From: a virus
Lineage: Duplodnaviria; Caudoviricetes
Direction: 5' to 3' (one strand)
DNA: 64,000 nucleotides
IMG/VR virus record: IMGVR_UViG_2877794441_000003
Coordinates: 2,815-66,814 of that record
Shown: piece by piece, positions 62,733 through 64,000 of the stretch
Layout of the letters: each line of letters starts with the position of its first letter
Numbering within the stretch: position 1 is the first letter of the stretch
Made by a program: the position numbers and the translations under genes
Notes under the pieces: model-generated
Databases searched by the model: none
What the model was told of the DNA's origin: nothing
What the model saw: only the letters and a program-made list of their open reading frames with translations

Positions 62733-64000
62733 GCTGCCACCTCGACCAGGCGGCTGGCACGTTCACGGCTGGCTTCTTCGAAGATGTTGGCGAAATCGAT
62801 GATCAGGCTCTGTTCGTCTTCGGTCAGCTCTTCCCAGCGTTTGCCATGCTGGGCACAGTCGATGATGATCATGCCGACCTCCTGGCTGTCGGTCAGCAGG
62901 TACGCATCGTCGGCGAAGTCTTCGGGCGCTTTCTCGAGCACCTGCAGGAACCCCTCAGCGGCGTAGACATAGTTGCGCATTTCCTGGTTGCGCTTGCGCA
63001 GTTGATCCATCTGCGCCTTGAGGGCCGGCAGACGGGCCTGGATATCGGCCAGCGCGGCCTTCTCTTCGGCAGAAGGTTCGCCGAGGTTCTGGCTGATCTT
63101 CAGCTGGCGCTCCTGAACCTGCAGCTTGGCCACCGACTCACTGAGGGTTTTCCAGTCCTTCTCCTGCTGCTCCAGGTTGCAACCCCAGGCCATGATCAGC
63201 TCTTCGAACACGAACGGAATCAGCTTTTTGCCGAAACGTGCGGCGATCACTTCATCCAGGCGCACCGCCTGGGCATCGCTGACCTGAGGTTTGGCCTTGA
63301 GCAGCTCTGAGGCGATCTCGACCAGGAACAGATCGTCACGATTGATCGCGTCCAGGTCCTGGGCGTGAATCAGTCGCTGCTCAGTGTCCTTGAGCAGTTT
63401 TTGCGAGGCGCGCAGGCGCAGGTAGTGGTCGAAATCGCTGATGTTGTTGTTTTCCAGCACCTGCTTGATACGCGTGCTCAGCTGGGCGTACTGGGTGATC
63501 AGGGTTGCCAGGTCCAGGGCACGGCCAGCTTCGCCGCGCACGTCCTCGCGGGCTTCGCGCAGCACTTCCTCGTGGGTCGCCGCCTGCGCCATTTCTTCAT
63601 CGTTCAAGACCACGTCGCGCAAGATTTTGGCCTTGGCGATGGCCCACTCGACGGCAGCCTTGACCTGCTTGGCCAGTGCGGTCTTTTCCCAGTTCAGCAA
63701 CGCCTCCAGGGCCTTGTCGAAAGCCCGGATGGCCGTGGCCACCCAAGGGAAGGTCGGCAAGGCGACGGTTGCCCATTCGGCGGCGATCTTCAGCGCCGGC
63801 CTTACGACCGTGGCGATGAAGGGCTTGACCTTGTTCCACACCTCCTTGACCTTGCCGACAAAGGATTCGGCCTTGGTCGCCATCCAGTCCAGTGCATCCC
63901 TGGCCTTCTCACGTACGGTATCGTACGTGGTGCGCACCACCTCTACCGCCGCCGCACCGACGCTCTTGATGGCGCTCCAGCAATCCGAAAAAAAACCCAT
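62729..64000 (-). CDS. Unknown 423-aa helical protein, coupled to zorA-like gene
   Basis: ATG at the last base of the window; TGA overlaps GTG of the downstream gene; amphipathic Trp-rich N-terminus and coiled-coil middle/C-terminus. Confidence 0.8.
   Translation of the reverse strand: MGFFSDCWSAIKSVGAAAVEVVRTTYDTVREKARDALDWMATKAESFVGKVKEVWNKVKPFIATVVRPALKIAAEWATVALPTFPWVATAIRAFDKALEALLNWEKTALAKQVKAAVEWAIAKAKILRDVVLNDEEMAQAATHEEVLREAREDVRGEAGRALDLATLITQYAQLSTRIKQVLENNNISDFDHYLRLRASQKLLKDTEQRLIHAQDLDAINRDDLFLVEIASELLKAKPQVSDAQAVRLDEVIAARFGKKLIPFVFEELIMAWGCNLEQQEKDWKTLSESVAKLQVQERQLKISQNLGEPSAEEKAALADIQARLPALKAQMDQLRKRNQEMRNYVYAAEGFLQVLEKAPEDFADDAYLLTDSQEVGMIIIDCAQHGKRWEELTEDEQSLIIDFANIFEEASRERASRLVEVAA

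Larger units (their letters stand above)
48890..64000. mobile_element. tRNA-integrated genomic island (integrase/AlpA/YfjI/Inovirus-Gp2/DUF932/YqaJ/RadC type), right end outside window
   Basis: Integrase next to tRNA 3' fragment, composition shift, characteristic backbone genes plus cargo. Confidence 0.88.

Overview
Pseudomonas-like (high-GC) chromosomal window made of two adjacent mobile elements. (1) Positions 1-~48889: the right-hand ~49 kb of a lambdoid siphovirus-type prophage. Its left end, the end of the tail spike gene and any endolysin lie outside the window. It carries tail and head genes, terminase, holins, Q/Nin, O/P-like replication genes with iterons, a cro/cI switch with operators, an early recombination region, and xis/int. 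Notable accessory content: a DUF1073-type portal fused to a C-terminal Acb1-like 2H phosphoesterase (anti-CBASS-like), a BstA-like abortive-infection gene with a candidate aba element, two convergent lipoprotein morons, an antisense DUF2971-like moron, and an exact in-frame 729-bp tandem duplication. (2) At 48890-48934 is the 3' half of a tRNA-Pro(GGG), read as an att core. To its right, running off the window, is an integrative island: tyrosine integrase, DUF4351-tailed protein, YfjI/DUF3987, AlpA, HUH 'Inovirus Gp2', DUF932, YqaJ, RadC. The island's cargo is a coupled three-gene operon: an unknown 423-aa helical protein plus a ZorA/MotA-like and a ZorB/MotB-OmpA-like pair, with no ZorC/D/E downstream. 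This is the best candidate for an undescribed Zorya-like defence system. All family assignments come from recognising motifs by eye; no database searches were run.
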